Part shown: positions 19,323 through 29,444 of the stretch, piece by piece
Position numbering within the stretch: the first letter of the stretch is position 1
Layout of the letters: the number at the start of each line of letters is the position of its first letter
Assembly (NCBI GenBank): GCA_021810145.1
Contig: JAJZJL010000001.1
Span: 23,045-87,044 of the forward strand
DNA: 64,000 nt
Direction: 5' to 3'
Source of the DNA: Planctomycetota bacterium
GTDB taxonomy: Bacteria > Planctomycetota > Phycisphaerae > WQYP01
Made by a program: the position numbers and the translations under genes
The notes under the pieces: generated by a model
Database searches by the model: none
Told to the model about the DNA's origin: nothing
Seen by the model: only the letters and a program-made list of their open reading frames with translations

Positions 19323-20622
19323 ATGTGAACGCGTCGCGGAAGCGTCGGCGGTGGACCCGCTTGATCAACGAACGTGGGCCGCCACGCGCATCTTTGCGGG
19401 AGGTAAATGTGTCACCGCATTGTTGGACCGGGCAACCGGTAAGGAAACAAGCACCCTTTATATCCCGCTTTTCTCGCTGGCCCAATGGGTTGTAATGAAC
19501 TGGTGGATGTTGCTTAACGAAACATGCCGATGGGAAAGGCCGCCGGTTCCCGGAAAGCTCTGGTCTTCGGAAGAGGAAGCTTGGGTTCAGCGGCACTCTA
19601 TCAGAGCCGCAGATTCAGGCGTGTTGCTTCCACGATTAACCCTTTATGCGGACGGCCGCCACATTTGTGCGGATTGGCTGCGGGACGAGGACGACGCTTA
19701 CCCGAACATGCCAGGGCAGTTTCTGTATTCGTCTCGCGAATTGCTGGATCGGGCCGGTGTGGAATCGGCCTTCAGCGAGTTAATCACCAAAGTCCTGACT
19801 TGGAGCGGGCAGAGCAATGAAGATCTCCGCGTTGATGCACTGCGGAGAAACTGGGAAGCAATTTCCAATGCAGGTCCCGCCGAAAAGGAATTTTGCAACG
19901 CCGCCGGGCGCCTGGGTGTCGATCCGTATTCAACGCTTGAAGCCGGTCTTCTTGAATTTTTGGAACGCGCGGGAGAAGATCGCTCGCAACAATCGCTGTT
20001 TAACGACGTGCTCGATGCCGGTTCACCGGACTCTGCGGCTGAACTTTGGCAATGGGCATCAGAAATCCATCTGAACCGCGCTCCATCAATCGATGTGCCC
20101 GCGCTACCGCTGTCACTGCTCGCGGCGAAAGCCGGGTATCAGGTAGCCCGGCAATGGCGCAATGCGATGGGACTGGCACCCCATACACCTATTGCCGATT
20201 TATCTCAAACGAGCAGGCAAATGGGAATCCCCAATCTGAAATTTGAGGAAAAAAATCACATCCCTTCCCGCAGGGTCCGGGCCGCTGTGGGCTGGCGTGG
20301 TGACCGGGAAATTGTATTGACAGGCCCGAATCCGGAGCGCCAGGAAAGCATTCGCTTCTTGACGGCTCGCGGGCTGTTTCACGCAGCATACGCATGTTCA
20401 GATGGTGCAAGACTCGTAACCGACGTGCGAAATTGGGACCAGCAGTGCTCTCGGGCCTTCGCGGCAGAATTGCTGATTCCGCAGGAAGTTGTTCTCAATG
20501 AAATGAATTCGGAATCAGACTCGGACGCGTTTGAGCGCCAGGCCGAGAAACTTGCGACAACCTTTAAAGTCAGCACCCGCGCGGTTTATTGGCAGTTTCA
20601 GAATGGATCCAGAGCGAATTGA
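19300..20622 (+). CDS. ImmA/IrrE (M78)-like protein with degenerate HExxH and a large N-terminal domain
   Basis: SIRFLTARGLFH at the HExxH position; QQCSRAFAAELLIP; LATTFKVSTRAV helical tail. Confidence 0.75.
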   Translation: MLRSLTIECERVAEASAVDPLDQRTWAATRIFAGGKCVTALLDRATGKETSTLYIPLFSLAQWVVMNWWMLLNETCRWERPPVPGKLWSSEEEAWVQRHSIRAADSGVLLPRLTLYADGRHICADWLRDEDDAYPNMPGQFLYSSRELLDRAGVESAFSELITKVLTWSGQSNEDLRVDALRRNWEAISNAGPAEKEFCNAAGRLGVDPYSTLEAGLLEFLERAGEDRSQQSLFNDVLDAGSPDSAAELWQWASEIHLNRAPSIDVPALPLSLLAAKAGYQVARQWRNAMGLAPHTPIADLSQTSRQMGIPNLKFEEKNHIPSRRVRAAVGWRGDREIVLTGPNPERQESIRFLTARGLFHAAYACSDGARLVTDVRNWDQQCSRAFAAELLIPQEVVLNEMNSESDSDAFERQAEKLATTFKVSTRAVYWQFQNGSRAN

Positions 20623-20631
20623 TTAACGATC

Positions 20632-21165
20632 ATGCCGAATCATACCGAACATCTTATTGCGCTGATTCTTGCACCGGTGGTGCTTATTTCCGCCTGCGGG
20701 CTGTTGTGTTTGACGTTTTATAACCGCATGGCGGTTTTAACAGCGCGAATCCGCAGCTTTAATGCCGAGCGTTTTGAGTTACTGGAAAAAATTAATCAGG
20801 AACCGCCGCCGCAGCCCACGCCAACCAGGGCGCTGCATCCACTGCGGGAGCGTCTGCGCGGACTTGAAGCGCAGACCGAAGCCATTTTATATCGCGCCCG
20901 GTTGATTCGACGCACGCTGGTGTGTCTGGTGTCATGTATTATCGGGATGCTGCTGTGCTCATTGACGCTGGGCATGGGACTGATTATTCCCCATCTGGAT
21001 TATGCCGCACTGACATTTTTCACACTCGGTATGATCGCCATGCTGTTGGCAATGATTACCGCGCTGATGGAACTGCAACTGAGCCTGAAACCAGTGTCGC
21101 TGGAGCAGGATTTCTTTGATCGTGTAACGCCGCTGTCGGAAAATCCGATCCACGAACACGCCTGA
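20632..21165 (+). CDS. DUF2721-like membrane protein
   Basis: LAPVVLISACGLL...NR....RIR pattern, three hydrophobic segments, terminal E..LS. Confidence 0.75.
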   Translation: MPNHTEHLIALILAPVVLISACGLLCLTFYNRMAVLTARIRSFNAERFELLEKINQEPPPQPTPTRALHPLRERLRGLEAQTEAILYRARLIRRTLVCLVSCIIGMLLCSLTLGMGLIIPHLDYAALTFFTLGMIAMLLAMITALMELQLSLKPVSLEQDFFDRVTPLSENPIHEHA

Positions 21166-21327
21166 TGAGCCAGAATTTTTTCGGAAAATACCGGACTTCA
21201 CGACAAACTTGACGATCCGTCGGTTGCCATTAGAATCAACAGGTGAATCAGTACTCCAAACAATGACATCAGTCATTGTTTTCTGCGCACCGCACTTCAG
21301 CGGCACTGGTAATTGGAGAAGCATTAT

Positions 21328-22593
21328 ATGATCAGGGTGAGGAAAAGCTGCGGAATCAAAACATTGAAACGTATCTGTTTCTGCGTGATGATTCTGGCTT
21401 GCGGCGCAACGGCGGTGCCGTTCACCTGTGCGGCCGCGGGCGATGGCGTTTTTGCGCCAGGTGCCAGCCGATACAGCGCCATCGTCAATCCCGCATATCT
21501 GCATCGTGAGAAGTTCTATGGACGGATGGAAAATTCCATCCGCGGATTGCTGGTGTATCAATTCAGCAATGGCCGGCTGGCTGGCAACAGCGAAGAGATC
21601 ATTGCGACGGTCAATCCAGAACAGAAAACTCCGCCGATTAAATTTGTCAATAAAGTCGGACCGGACGTGATGGTTGCGGCCAAAATCGCCTTGCGAGCGG
21701 TCCGATTGCGCTATCCGGAAATTCAACCCGGATGTATACGGTTGAGTTTTTCGGATCAATATACCGCAGTGGACGGAAACTCAGCGGGCTGTGCCTTTGC
21801 CGTGCTTATGCTATCGCTGCTGGAAAATACACGCCTGGACCGCAGCATGGCTGTCACTGGAGCAGTTACCGCCGATTGGCGAATTCGAGCGATCGGCGGT
21901 CTGGCGGCCAAAATCCCCGGAGCCATCTCCGACCATCTCACCGGCGTGGTTGTACCGCAGAGCAACAGCCGTAATGTCTGCGATGTCATGCTGCTAAATG
22001 GGCCGCAGACAGCCTGGCAGATCCAGATATTCGCCGCACGAACGCTGCAACAGGCTATGGCTCTGATGCGGCGAAACAAACCACGTGCAATCAGTTATGC
22101 GATGCTGTTGTTTTCCACACTACAGCCCACCTTCGCAAAAGAAGGTAAATCGGCATTGCGAGATCCGGCGGTGATACAAAGACTCAAGCAAATTGTGGCG
22201 CTGGCACCCGATGATCTATCAGCTCAGTATCTGTTGGAATTGGCCAAAGGGACCGAGCCGACAAAATTATCCATCGGTGCATCAATGTACGAAGCATTTG
22301 CCGCAATACATTTTTACAACGACTATCTGTGGAAGACCACACTACCCAAGACCCCGCCGTTTCCCATTCGAGACTCGCTACGGCGGCTTAATCGGCTCCG
22401 CAGCATTGCATCAGTCCGATGCCTGCCCCTGATCGAGGCCTTGGCACGATTTGTCCGGGCTTGCGGCACATGGGGTGGCACCGCGAACGGCGCCGCACAT
22501 ATTGTCCAGCGAGCGCAGGGCGTTGATCGTGTTCTGGACCGGATGCACAGCAACAAGCAAACGATATACCGTATGATGAACAGCGGATTTTGA
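21328..22593 (+). CDS. Secreted S16 (Lon C-terminal domain) serine protease
   Basis: VDGNSAG (Ser) and AVTGAV...RAIGGLAAKI (Lys) dyad; signal peptide; no AAA+ module. Confidence 0.8.
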   Translation: MIRVRKSCGIKTLKRICFCVMILACGATAVPFTCAAAGDGVFAPGASRYSAIVNPAYLHREKFYGRMENSIRGLLVYQFSNGRLAGNSEEIIATVNPEQKTPPIKFVNKVGPDVMVAAKIALRAVRLRYPEIQPGCIRLSFSDQYTAVDGNSAGCAFAVLMLSLLENTRLDRSMAVTGAVTADWRIRAIGGLAAKIPGAISDHLTGVVVPQSNSRNVCDVMLLNGPQTAWQIQIFAARTLQQAMALMRRNKPRAISYAMLLFSTLQPTFAKEGKSALRDPAVIQRLKQIVALAPDDLSAQYLLELAKGTEPTKLSIGASMYEAFAAIHFYNDYLWKTTLPKTPPFPIRDSLRRLNRLRSIASVRCLPLIEALARFVRACGTWGGTANGAAHIVQRAQGVDRVLDRMHSNKQTIYRMMNSGF

Positions 22594-22752
22594 CCAAAGG
22601 GATGGGCTTTGCACATGCACCATTTGTTCAACGCAACCGGGGATCATCGCGACATCGGGGCACCATGGCGTGCCTTTTTATTTCCCCATGCCTGCAACGG
22701 ATTATCAGAAATACACCTTTGCGGGGCAGCAGCCGTTCAGAAATGAATTCAG

Positions 22753-24411
22753 GTGACACCTATGCGAGCACGTCATATTGTCGGCAAATGGATAACAGGT
22801 CTGATGTGCTGCGCCGCATGGATCATCCAGGTGCCACCTGCGCACTGTAGCATAACCCGGGCGCGGGTGTGGTTCTCCACGGATGTGCTTGTGGCGACGG
22901 ATGGCAAATTGGCCGGCGTATACGTAAACGGCAACCGGCTGGCAAAAAGGAAAATTGTTCCGGTCCTTTCAAGCGGCGGCGTGAGCTGCGTTGACTTATG
23001 GATTCATACCCACCCTGGCGACTGGCTGGTACTTCATGTCGTGTGCCCCAAAGGCCTGATGCAGCGGAGAGGCGTTGCGGTTGCAGGAAGACGGCGGGGC
23101 AACGGTGTATTTCTTTCGGAAGCACATACCCGGCAATGGTGCGCCATTTCCAATGCCGCTCAAGCTTCCAAATTTATCGATCTTCGCGATTTTGGCCGCC
23201 AATCTCCGGCTGTTATCCCGCAGCACCCGTCGAACCATTGTTTTACCATGGTGGCCAAACATACCAATTTCGACGATGGCGAGGTAATCTGGGCATCTGG
23301 AAATCCGCGGGAGGTATGGATTAAATGCCTGATTCCCCGCCAAGCGACGCCGGCAACCGGAATACCAGACAACACCGGACACCCCGCGCAACCTGCCGCG
23401 GAGCGCAAACGCTCAGCAGTCCAACCCATTGCCAGTGGCCTTTACACCCTGGCCAACCAGTATAGCCACCTGATGCTCAACGATCCGGGGCATTCTGATC
23501 AATCGGGTACGGCCATTGATCAGGCAGATGCGGATGGAGGCAAGCATCAGAATTGGAAATTTACCTATCAGGGTCACGGCCTTTATACCATTGAGAACGC
23601 ATTCAGCAAGTTGTATCTTTCCGGCCCGGGATCCAATCCGCATCCGGGCGATTTATTGCGCCAGGAGTCTGAGAATCAGAAGGCCAATCAGCAATGGAAA
23701 TTGCAACGCCAGGGTGATGGATTTCTTTGCATCAACGCGCTTAGTGGCCTTGCCATGGACGATGACGGACATATGACAAAACCTGGAACGGCCGTGGTTT
23801 TATGGTCCGTTCATCACGTTCACGTCATTGGGAATCAGGCATGGATATTCCAGAAAGCCCAGGGCGTGCAGGTCGGCACCAAACCGCAAGGCATAGCCGC
23901 ACCTGCGGTTCACCGCGCCGAGCCAATGCCTTCATTCACGGACGTTCTGGCAGAGAAGGCCATCAAAACGTATCAAACACAAATACGCATTGCACACGCG
24001 AATTATCGCAAGGCCCTTGCGAAAGCGGCCGGCACATGCGTGACCGCACTGCATGCCGCGTTGGTGACCGCGATGACCACAAACCGTCCGGGCGAAACGC
24101 GAAAACTCACGGTGATTATCACAGCGATGAAGCACTCCCTGTACCATCCCGTAATCGCAACGACATTCACGATTCCGTCCGCGCAGTATGCGTGGCGGAG
24201 ATATATGGTGAATCGGGCGCAGGTGCGCGCAAATTATCTCATTGTGCGGGACAGGCTATGGCGGCAGCTTGCCTCAACGTTGGGAGGTAAAGCACTGATG
24301 GAGGCCATCGACTCCGGAAATGTTGCCGATGCCCTGCTGATTCACCAGATCGTTCGGCGGCTCGATCGCGAAAACAGAAATCCTCTGGCATTTCCCGGCA
24401 ACAAGCCGTAG
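22753..24411 (+). CDS. Secreted protein with central ricin-B (beta-trefoil) lectin domain
   Basis: Three QxW repeats (HQNWKF, NQQWKL, NQAWIF) with GLYTI.N..S motifs; signal peptide. Confidence 0.75.
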   Translation: MTPMRARHIVGKWITGLMCCAAWIIQVPPAHCSITRARVWFSTDVLVATDGKLAGVYVNGNRLAKRKIVPVLSSGGVSCVDLWIHTHPGDWLVLHVVCPKGLMQRRGVAVAGRRRGNGVFLSEAHTRQWCAISNAAQASKFIDLRDFGRQSPAVIPQHPSNHCFTMVAKHTNFDDGEVIWASGNPREVWIKCLIPRQATPATGIPDNTGHPAQPAAERKRSAVQPIASGLYTLANQYSHLMLNDPGHSDQSGTAIDQADADGGKHQNWKFTYQGHGLYTIENAFSKLYLSGPGSNPHPGDLLRQESENQKANQQWKLQRQGDGFLCINALSGLAMDDDGHMTKPGTAVVLWSVHHVHVIGNQAWIFQKAQGVQVGTKPQGIAAPAVHRAEPMPSFTDVLAEKAIKTYQTQIRIAHANYRKALAKAAGTCVTALHAALVTAMTTNRPGETRKLTVIITAMKHSLYHPVIATTFTIPSAQYAWRRYMVNRAQVRANYLIVRDRLWRQLASTLGGKALMEAIDSGNVADALLIHQIVRRLDRENRNPLAFPGNKP

Positions 24412-24439
24412 CACTGATCTGAGCCTTTCAGCGGTGTGA

Positions 24440-25462
24440 TCACTTTTTCATATAGGCTGCAATAGCGCGCGGGACGAAATCGGCGATGTCTGTGGCCAGA
24501 ATACCGGCTGGGCCGATCGCCTTGGCGGCCAGATCACCGGCGGAGCCGTGTAAATGTACCGCCAATCGCGCCGCCTGTGCACAGGGAATCCCTTGACCAA
24601 TCAGGGAGGCAATGATCCCGGTCAGCACATCGCCGCTGCCCGCTGTTGCCATGGCGGGATTGCCGGTTTTATTTATGCCAATGCGTCCACCATCGGCAAT
24701 GACGGTGTTATGCCCTTTCAGTACCACGACGCAGCCCGTTGCCCGGCTCAACAGTTCCGCCAATGCCGTGCGATCGGGTCCGCCACTGACCGCCGGTTCG
24801 ACCGGGGATTGCACCGCGGTTGCCGCGGCCGGTTCATCCTGCATTTCCAGAGCCACGCCATCGGCCGTGGAAGGTAAGTCATCATCATCATCATCGGCCA
24901 GACTGCGCGGAGCACTGGCCGTGACGGGGGCTTTTTCCGCCGCCATACCGATGTTGCCTCCGCGCTTGGCAACGGCCGCCATCAGCCTCATGAATTCACC
25001 CATGTGCGGCGTCAGAACCACATTGGACCAATCGCGGCGTGTCGGCCACTCGCTGGCTTCCAGCAGCGACAGGGTATTAAGCGCATCGGCGTCAAGCACC
25101 AATGGGCCGCGATGGCGTTCCAGAAATTCCAGTACAATTTTTTTGGTGCTTGTGCCGGTGCCCATTCCCGGTCCAATTGCGACGGCATCATGGAGTTCCG
25201 CAAACTCCACCAGCGATTTCATATCGCGTGGATTGATCACAAAGCCGGTTGCCACCGGGCAGATTGTTAAAACCTGCGGGAGAATATCCTTGAATGTTGC
25301 GATTCGGCAAAGACCGGTTCCGGTGCGCATGGCACCCGTTGCCACCATTGCCGGGGCACCGATCATGCAGTCCGATCCGGCTATTACCAGCACTTTTCCA
25401 AAATCGCCTTTATGGGCCTCTGCTCGCCTGGGCGTCATACCGGGTAATTCGATTGTTTCCAT
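24440..25462 (-). CDS. nnrD: ADP-dependent NAD(P)H-hydrate dehydratase (stand-alone YjeF C-domain)
   Basis: HKGDFGKVLVIAGS, IGPGMG, VLDADALN, LTPHMGE, VLKG, GNPAMATAGSGDVLTG; start reset to ATG 25462. Confidence 0.9.
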   Translation of the reverse strand: METIELPGMTPRRAEAHKGDFGKVLVIAGSDCMIGAPAMVATGAMRTGTGLCRIATFKDILPQVLTICPVATGFVINPRDMKSLVEFAELHDAVAIGPGMGTGTSTKKIVLEFLERHRGPLVLDADALNTLSLLEASEWPTRRDWSNVVLTPHMGEFMRLMAAVAKRGGNIGMAAEKAPVTASAPRSLADDDDDDLPSTADGVALEMQDEPAAATAVQSPVEPAVSGGPDRTALAELLSRATGCVVVLKGHNTVIADGGRIGINKTGNPAMATAGSGDVLTGIIASLIGQGIPCAQAARLAVHLHGSAGDLAAKAIGPAGILATDIADFVPRAIAAYMKK

Positions 25463-25559
25463 AAGAAATAGCCTATGAGAATTTCTCATGATCGGCAAGT
25501 GCGCATACAAAAAACATCTCAACGGAGGTGCGTGACGCGTTAGGCGGGGCGAAAGCAGC

Positions 25560-25805
25560 CGCGAACGTGGCGGCGGAGGTCGCCCAGACCCCGTTCGCGA
25601 AAACGGCCGTGGGTTCCCACCCACGGCTGCATGAGCGGGGCGTTGTTGCCAAGGAATGTTAGTATCATCGCAGACCCACGTTCCGGCACGCCCGATCACG
25701 TTGATGAGCATTATGATAGATGGGGAATAGTCACGCAGCCACGCAGTCCCGATTGGGATCGGGAGGAGCAATCCCATGGCCGTTGGAATCGCGTGCGACG
25801 GACGG
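25560..25805. repeat. REP-like dispersed palindromic element, copy 2 (inverted relative to copy 1)
   Basis: GCCGTGGG-TTCCCA-CCCACGGC hairpin plus modules shared with 4631-4746. Confidence 0.7.
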
Positions 25806-25897
25806 TGCAGGATGGCAGAGGCGATTATTTTATCTGACAATGCTGCGGCAAATATCGTTTTCGGTTGTGCGTTGGATGCCGCCGATGACAGCCGGCT

Positions 25898-27328
25898 TTA
25901 TTGATCAAAAAAGTGATAATACTTCCCTTTTTTCAGGTTCTGCAGCAGCAGCGCGAGTTCCACCGCGTGATAATCCCCCCACAGACTGCTTTCACCGCAC
26001 GGAATTTTACGCCCCGGCGGGATATAATCCCAGCCATTGGGCCGGTGATAAATCGAATGCAGAATCAATCCCTGATGGTCCGGTGAAGTACTTAAGTATG
26101 GCTCGGAAAAAAGCGTTTTTGCAATGCGCATGCCACATGTCAGGTAATCCGATCCCGCACCAGGTTTACGGGAATCCAGAAATCGGCCAAGGCGGATAAA
26201 ACCCTGCCCGGCGATGGCCGCGGCGCTTGAATCAATGGGTTCATGGTCGTTGTATGGATCGGAAGCTGTGCTGCTGTATTGCACAGGCCGGGGTAGATGC
26301 GGCGCGCCGGAGTCCCAGTAAACCATTGCGTCCGTGAAACTGTTCTGACGATACCATTGCGCGGTTACCAGTGCTGCGTTCAAGTAGGTATCTATAACCG
26401 TTTTTTTCAGATCAGACTGCAAAGGGTCCGCAAAGTGAGGGGCCAGACTCACCCAGTGCGCATCGGTGAGCGTGGCGAGAAATTCCAACTGCTCGGCGAA
26501 TCCCAGCAGTATCCAGGCCAGCCCGCGGGTCCAGGTGGAAAACGGGCTGAACCCCTGCTGACTGCTCGGACAGCGAAATCGTCCGTCATTGATATTGAAT
26601 ATGGACTCATGCACCACGCGCCCCGGCTGGGTATCATAAAAGTCTCTGCCGGTACCGTAGAACACATTGTATTTTGCGGTGGTTAATCCGTGGTGAATAC
26701 TGCGTGCCAGCAGGTTGATGGGCCGATCATTTTCGCCATACAGTTCATGCTTGAGATTCCACGCCATCACCAAAGCCCGCAGGGAGCGGATTGTATCGCT
26801 GAACAGAGAATGTGGCCCGTTAAATGAATAAATATAGCCGGTATCACGCCGGGCGGGATTCTTTTCCGGTTCGGAAGCAATGGCCGTCCAACGAGCGGCC
26901 TGCACCGCCCCACTGGCTTTCAGCGCCATTTCAAGAAAGTTCAGATAATGTGCGTCATAAGGGATTTTTTTTATCAGCATCAGCCGGCGCAGATTTCCAT
27001 ACGTTGAAATATTGTTAAATCCGTGGTCATGCACGCCGATGTTGGATACATGCCGGGCCATATGGCTGAGGATATGCTTCTCGGCAAGAATCGGGAGTTC
27101 ATCATTACCGTTGCCGTCAAAAATCAGCAACGGAATGCCCAACAGGAAGCCCTCGGTCCAGAGGGTCCAGTTACGGGCCTGATATTTTCCTTGAATGGTA
27201 AAAACCGGTGCGCCATTTTCCGGCTTCCACGCCGCCAGTGTTGCCGCCGATTTTTGTGCGGCCAGTGCAAAGACTTTATCCAAATCAGCGGAATCGAGCG
27301 TTACCGGCCCGGAGGTTGTCATATTCAT
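25898..27328 (-). CDS. Glycoside hydrolase family 88-like (unsaturated glucuronyl hydrolase)
   Basis: WTEGF, HDHGF, STWTRGLAW..LGF, YWD, DSSAAAIA, WGDY. Confidence 0.8.
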   Translation of the reverse strand: MNMTTSGPVTLDSADLDKVFALAAQKSAATLAAWKPENGAPVFTIQGKYQARNWTLWTEGFLLGIPLLIFDGNGNDELPILAEKHILSHMARHVSNIGVHDHGFNNISTYGNLRRLMLIKKIPYDAHYLNFLEMALKASGAVQAARWTAIASEPEKNPARRDTGYIYSFNGPHSLFSDTIRSLRALVMAWNLKHELYGENDRPINLLARSIHHGLTTAKYNVFYGTGRDFYDTQPGRVVHESIFNINDGRFRCPSSQQGFSPFSTWTRGLAWILLGFAEQLEFLATLTDAHWVSLAPHFADPLQSDLKKTVIDTYLNAALVTAQWYRQNSFTDAMVYWDSGAPHLPRPVQYSSTASDPYNDHEPIDSSAAAIAGQGFIRLGRFLDSRKPGAGSDYLTCGMRIAKTLFSEPYLSTSPDHQGLILHSIYHRPNGWDYIPPGRKIPCGESSLWGDYHAVELALLLQNLKKGKYYHFFDQ

Positions 27329-27345
27329 CGGCGTCCCGTGCAATT

Positions 27346-28332
27346 TCAGCCTTGAAAATAAATGGCTTTCTTGATGGCATCGGCCACGCGATCCACCCCC
27401 GGCACCACATGCTGCAACAAGGGCTTGCTGTAAGGCATGGGGACATCCAGCGAGGCAACACGAACAACTGAATTATCGAGATAGTCGAAACAGTTTTCCT
27501 GCAACTGCGCGGCAATTTCCGACCCCACACCGCACTGCGGATAACCTTCCTCCACCGTCACGCAATAGCCGGTCTTCTTAACCGAGGCCATAATGGCGGG
27601 CATATCCAGCGGCCGCAGCGTGCGCGGATCAACCACTTCCACTTCAATGCCGTGTTCCTTGTGCAACTTTTCCGCGGCGGCCAGGGCCGTCAGGCAGCCA
27701 TGCCCCCATGCCACAACCGTACAATCGGTACCTTCGCGCTTAATATCGGCTTGACCAAAAGGCAACAGATATTCTTCTTCCGGAACTTCTCCGCGCAGGC
27801 CATACATGGATTCATTTTCCAGGAAGATCACCGGATCATCATCGCGAATCGCCGTTTTCAAAAGCCCCTTGGCGTCATACGAAGTTGTCGGACAGACCAC
27901 TTTCAGGCCCGGAATGTGTGTGTAAAGCGCATCAACGGTCCAGGAATGCGTGGCACCAAGCTGCTGTCCCGGTCCGGATATGCCGCGGAAAACAATCGGC
28001 ACTTTCAGTTGTCCGCCGGACATGTGCCGAACCTTCGGCGCATTGTTAACCACCTGGTCAAATGCGACAAGCGAAAAGGAAAAGGTCATAAATTCGATAA
28101 TCGGCCGCATGCCCACCATTGCCGCGCCCACACCAAGTCCGGCGAAGCCGCACTCGGAAATCGGCGCGTCCACAACGCGCATCGGGCCGAATTTAGCCAG
28201 CATTCCCTGCGATACTTTATAAGCACCGTCGTATTCGGCTACTTCTTCCCCAATTAAAAACACATCCGGATCGCGCTGCATTTCTTCGCACATGGCCTGA
28301 TTGAGCGCTTCACGCATTTGAATTTCGGGCAT
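27346..28332 (-). CDS. pdhB: Pyruvate dehydrogenase E1 beta subunit
   Basis: MREALNQAMCEEM, GEEVAEYDGAYKVS, DAPISE.GF, DAKGLLKTAIRDDDPVIFLE. Confidence 0.93.
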   Translation of the reverse strand: MPEIQMREALNQAMCEEMQRDPDVFLIGEEVAEYDGAYKVSQGMLAKFGPMRVVDAPISECGFAGLGVGAAMVGMRPIIEFMTFSFSLVAFDQVVNNAPKVRHMSGGQLKVPIVFRGISGPGQQLGATHSWTVDALYTHIPGLKVVCPTTSYDAKGLLKTAIRDDDPVIFLENESMYGLRGEVPEEEYLLPFGQADIKREGTDCTVVAWGHGCLTALAAAEKLHKEHGIEVEVVDPRTLRPLDMPAIMASVKKTGYCVTVEEGYPQCGVGSEIAAQLQENCFDYLDNSVVRVASLDVPMPYSKPLLQHVVPGVDRVADAIKKAIYFQG

Positions 28333-28427
28333 AACTGTTATTCCTTCGTGTTGTTGAGTTTCAACTTCAATTAACCCACGCAGGTACGGCACACACACTT
28401 GGCACTACCGTACGCGTTCGCCAACGC

Positions 28428-29444
28428 TCAGACCTGGTATGCCCCATAGGGGTTGGCGTAAATATCCGACCACACCTCCGTGTTATCCGGATATGGATCC
28501 GCGTCGGCCTTCTCATGGGCCGCTTCCACCTGGGCATGGATTTCATCACTGATCTGGGTTACTTTTTTATCGTCGAGAACGTGTGCGTCTTTGAGTTGTT
28601 TTTCGAGCCGACCGATGGGGTCGTGTTCCTGATATTGTGCCACTTCTTCTTTGGTTCGGTATTTCTGGGGGTCGGACATGCTGTGGCCGCGATAGCGATA
28701 GGTTTTGACATCCAGGAAAATGGATCCGTTACCCTTCCGGCAATATTCCGCCGCCGCCACCATCATCCGATACATTGCCACACAATCCATGCCGTCAACA
28801 TCTTTGCCGGGAATACCGTAGGCATCACCTGTACGCAACTTCAGATCGGTAACGGCCGAGGCCCGGTGCAGGTGCGTACCCATACCGTAGCCATTGTTTT
28901 CCACCATGAAAATAATCGGCAGTTTAAAAAGTCCCGCCAGGTTCAGAGCCTCATGGAATGAACCTTGATTAATGGCTCCATCACCGAAATAGCACAGCAC
29001 CACCCGGTCTTCCTTGCGGTACTTGGCCGCCCAACCCAGGCCCGTCGCCAGAGGAATGTGTGCCCCGACAATCGCATGGCCGCCGAAGAAATTCTTCTCG
29101 GTATCAAAAAAGTGCATTGACCCGCCCTTGCCGTGGGAGCAACCGGTCTTTTTCCCGTAGAGTTCGGCAAACAGCGGATGAATATCCATCCCGCGGGCAA
29201 TGGCGTGGCCATGATCCCGATAGGCGGTAATAACGTAATCCGAGGGACGAACCGCCGCGATGCTGCCCACCGCAACCGCTTCCTGTCCGACGTACAAATG
29301 GCAGAAACCGCCGATTTTTTGCTGTTGGTACGATTGGGCACAGCGCATTTCAAACGCCCGGATCAGCACCATCTGACGGTACCAATCCATCATTTGCGAG
29401 GGAGAGGGATCAATTTTCTGCTGCGGCTCAACCAAAGTTGTCAC
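28428..29444 (-). CDS. pdhA: Pyruvate dehydrogenase E1 alpha subunit
   Basis: IGGFCHLYVGQEA, GKGGSMH, GDGA..QG TPP motif, TYRYRGHSMSDP; start uncertain (GTG 29444). Confidence 0.93.
   Translation of the reverse strand: MTTLVEPQQKIDPSPSQMMDWYRQMVLIRAFEMRCAQSYQQQKIGGFCHLYVGQEAVAVGSIAAVRPSDYVITAYRDHGHAIARGMDIHPLFAELYGKKTGCSHGKGGSMHFFDTEKNFFGGHAIVGAHIPLATGLGWAAKYRKEDRVVLCYFGDGAINQGSFHEALNLAGLFKLPIIFMVENNGYGMGTHLHRASAVTDLKLRTGDAYGIPGKDVDGMDCVAMYRMMVAAAEYCRKGNGSIFLDVKTYRYRGHSMSDPQKYRTKEEVAQYQEHDPIGRLEKQLKDAHVLDDKKVTQISDEIHAQVEAAHEKADADPYPDNTEVWSDIYANPYGAYQV

Noticed and set aside
25463..25840. N-terminal extension of the 466-aa nnrD ORF as an NnrE domain
   Set aside because: No epimerase motifs; the frame runs through the REP-like repeat region, so the true start is ATG 25462
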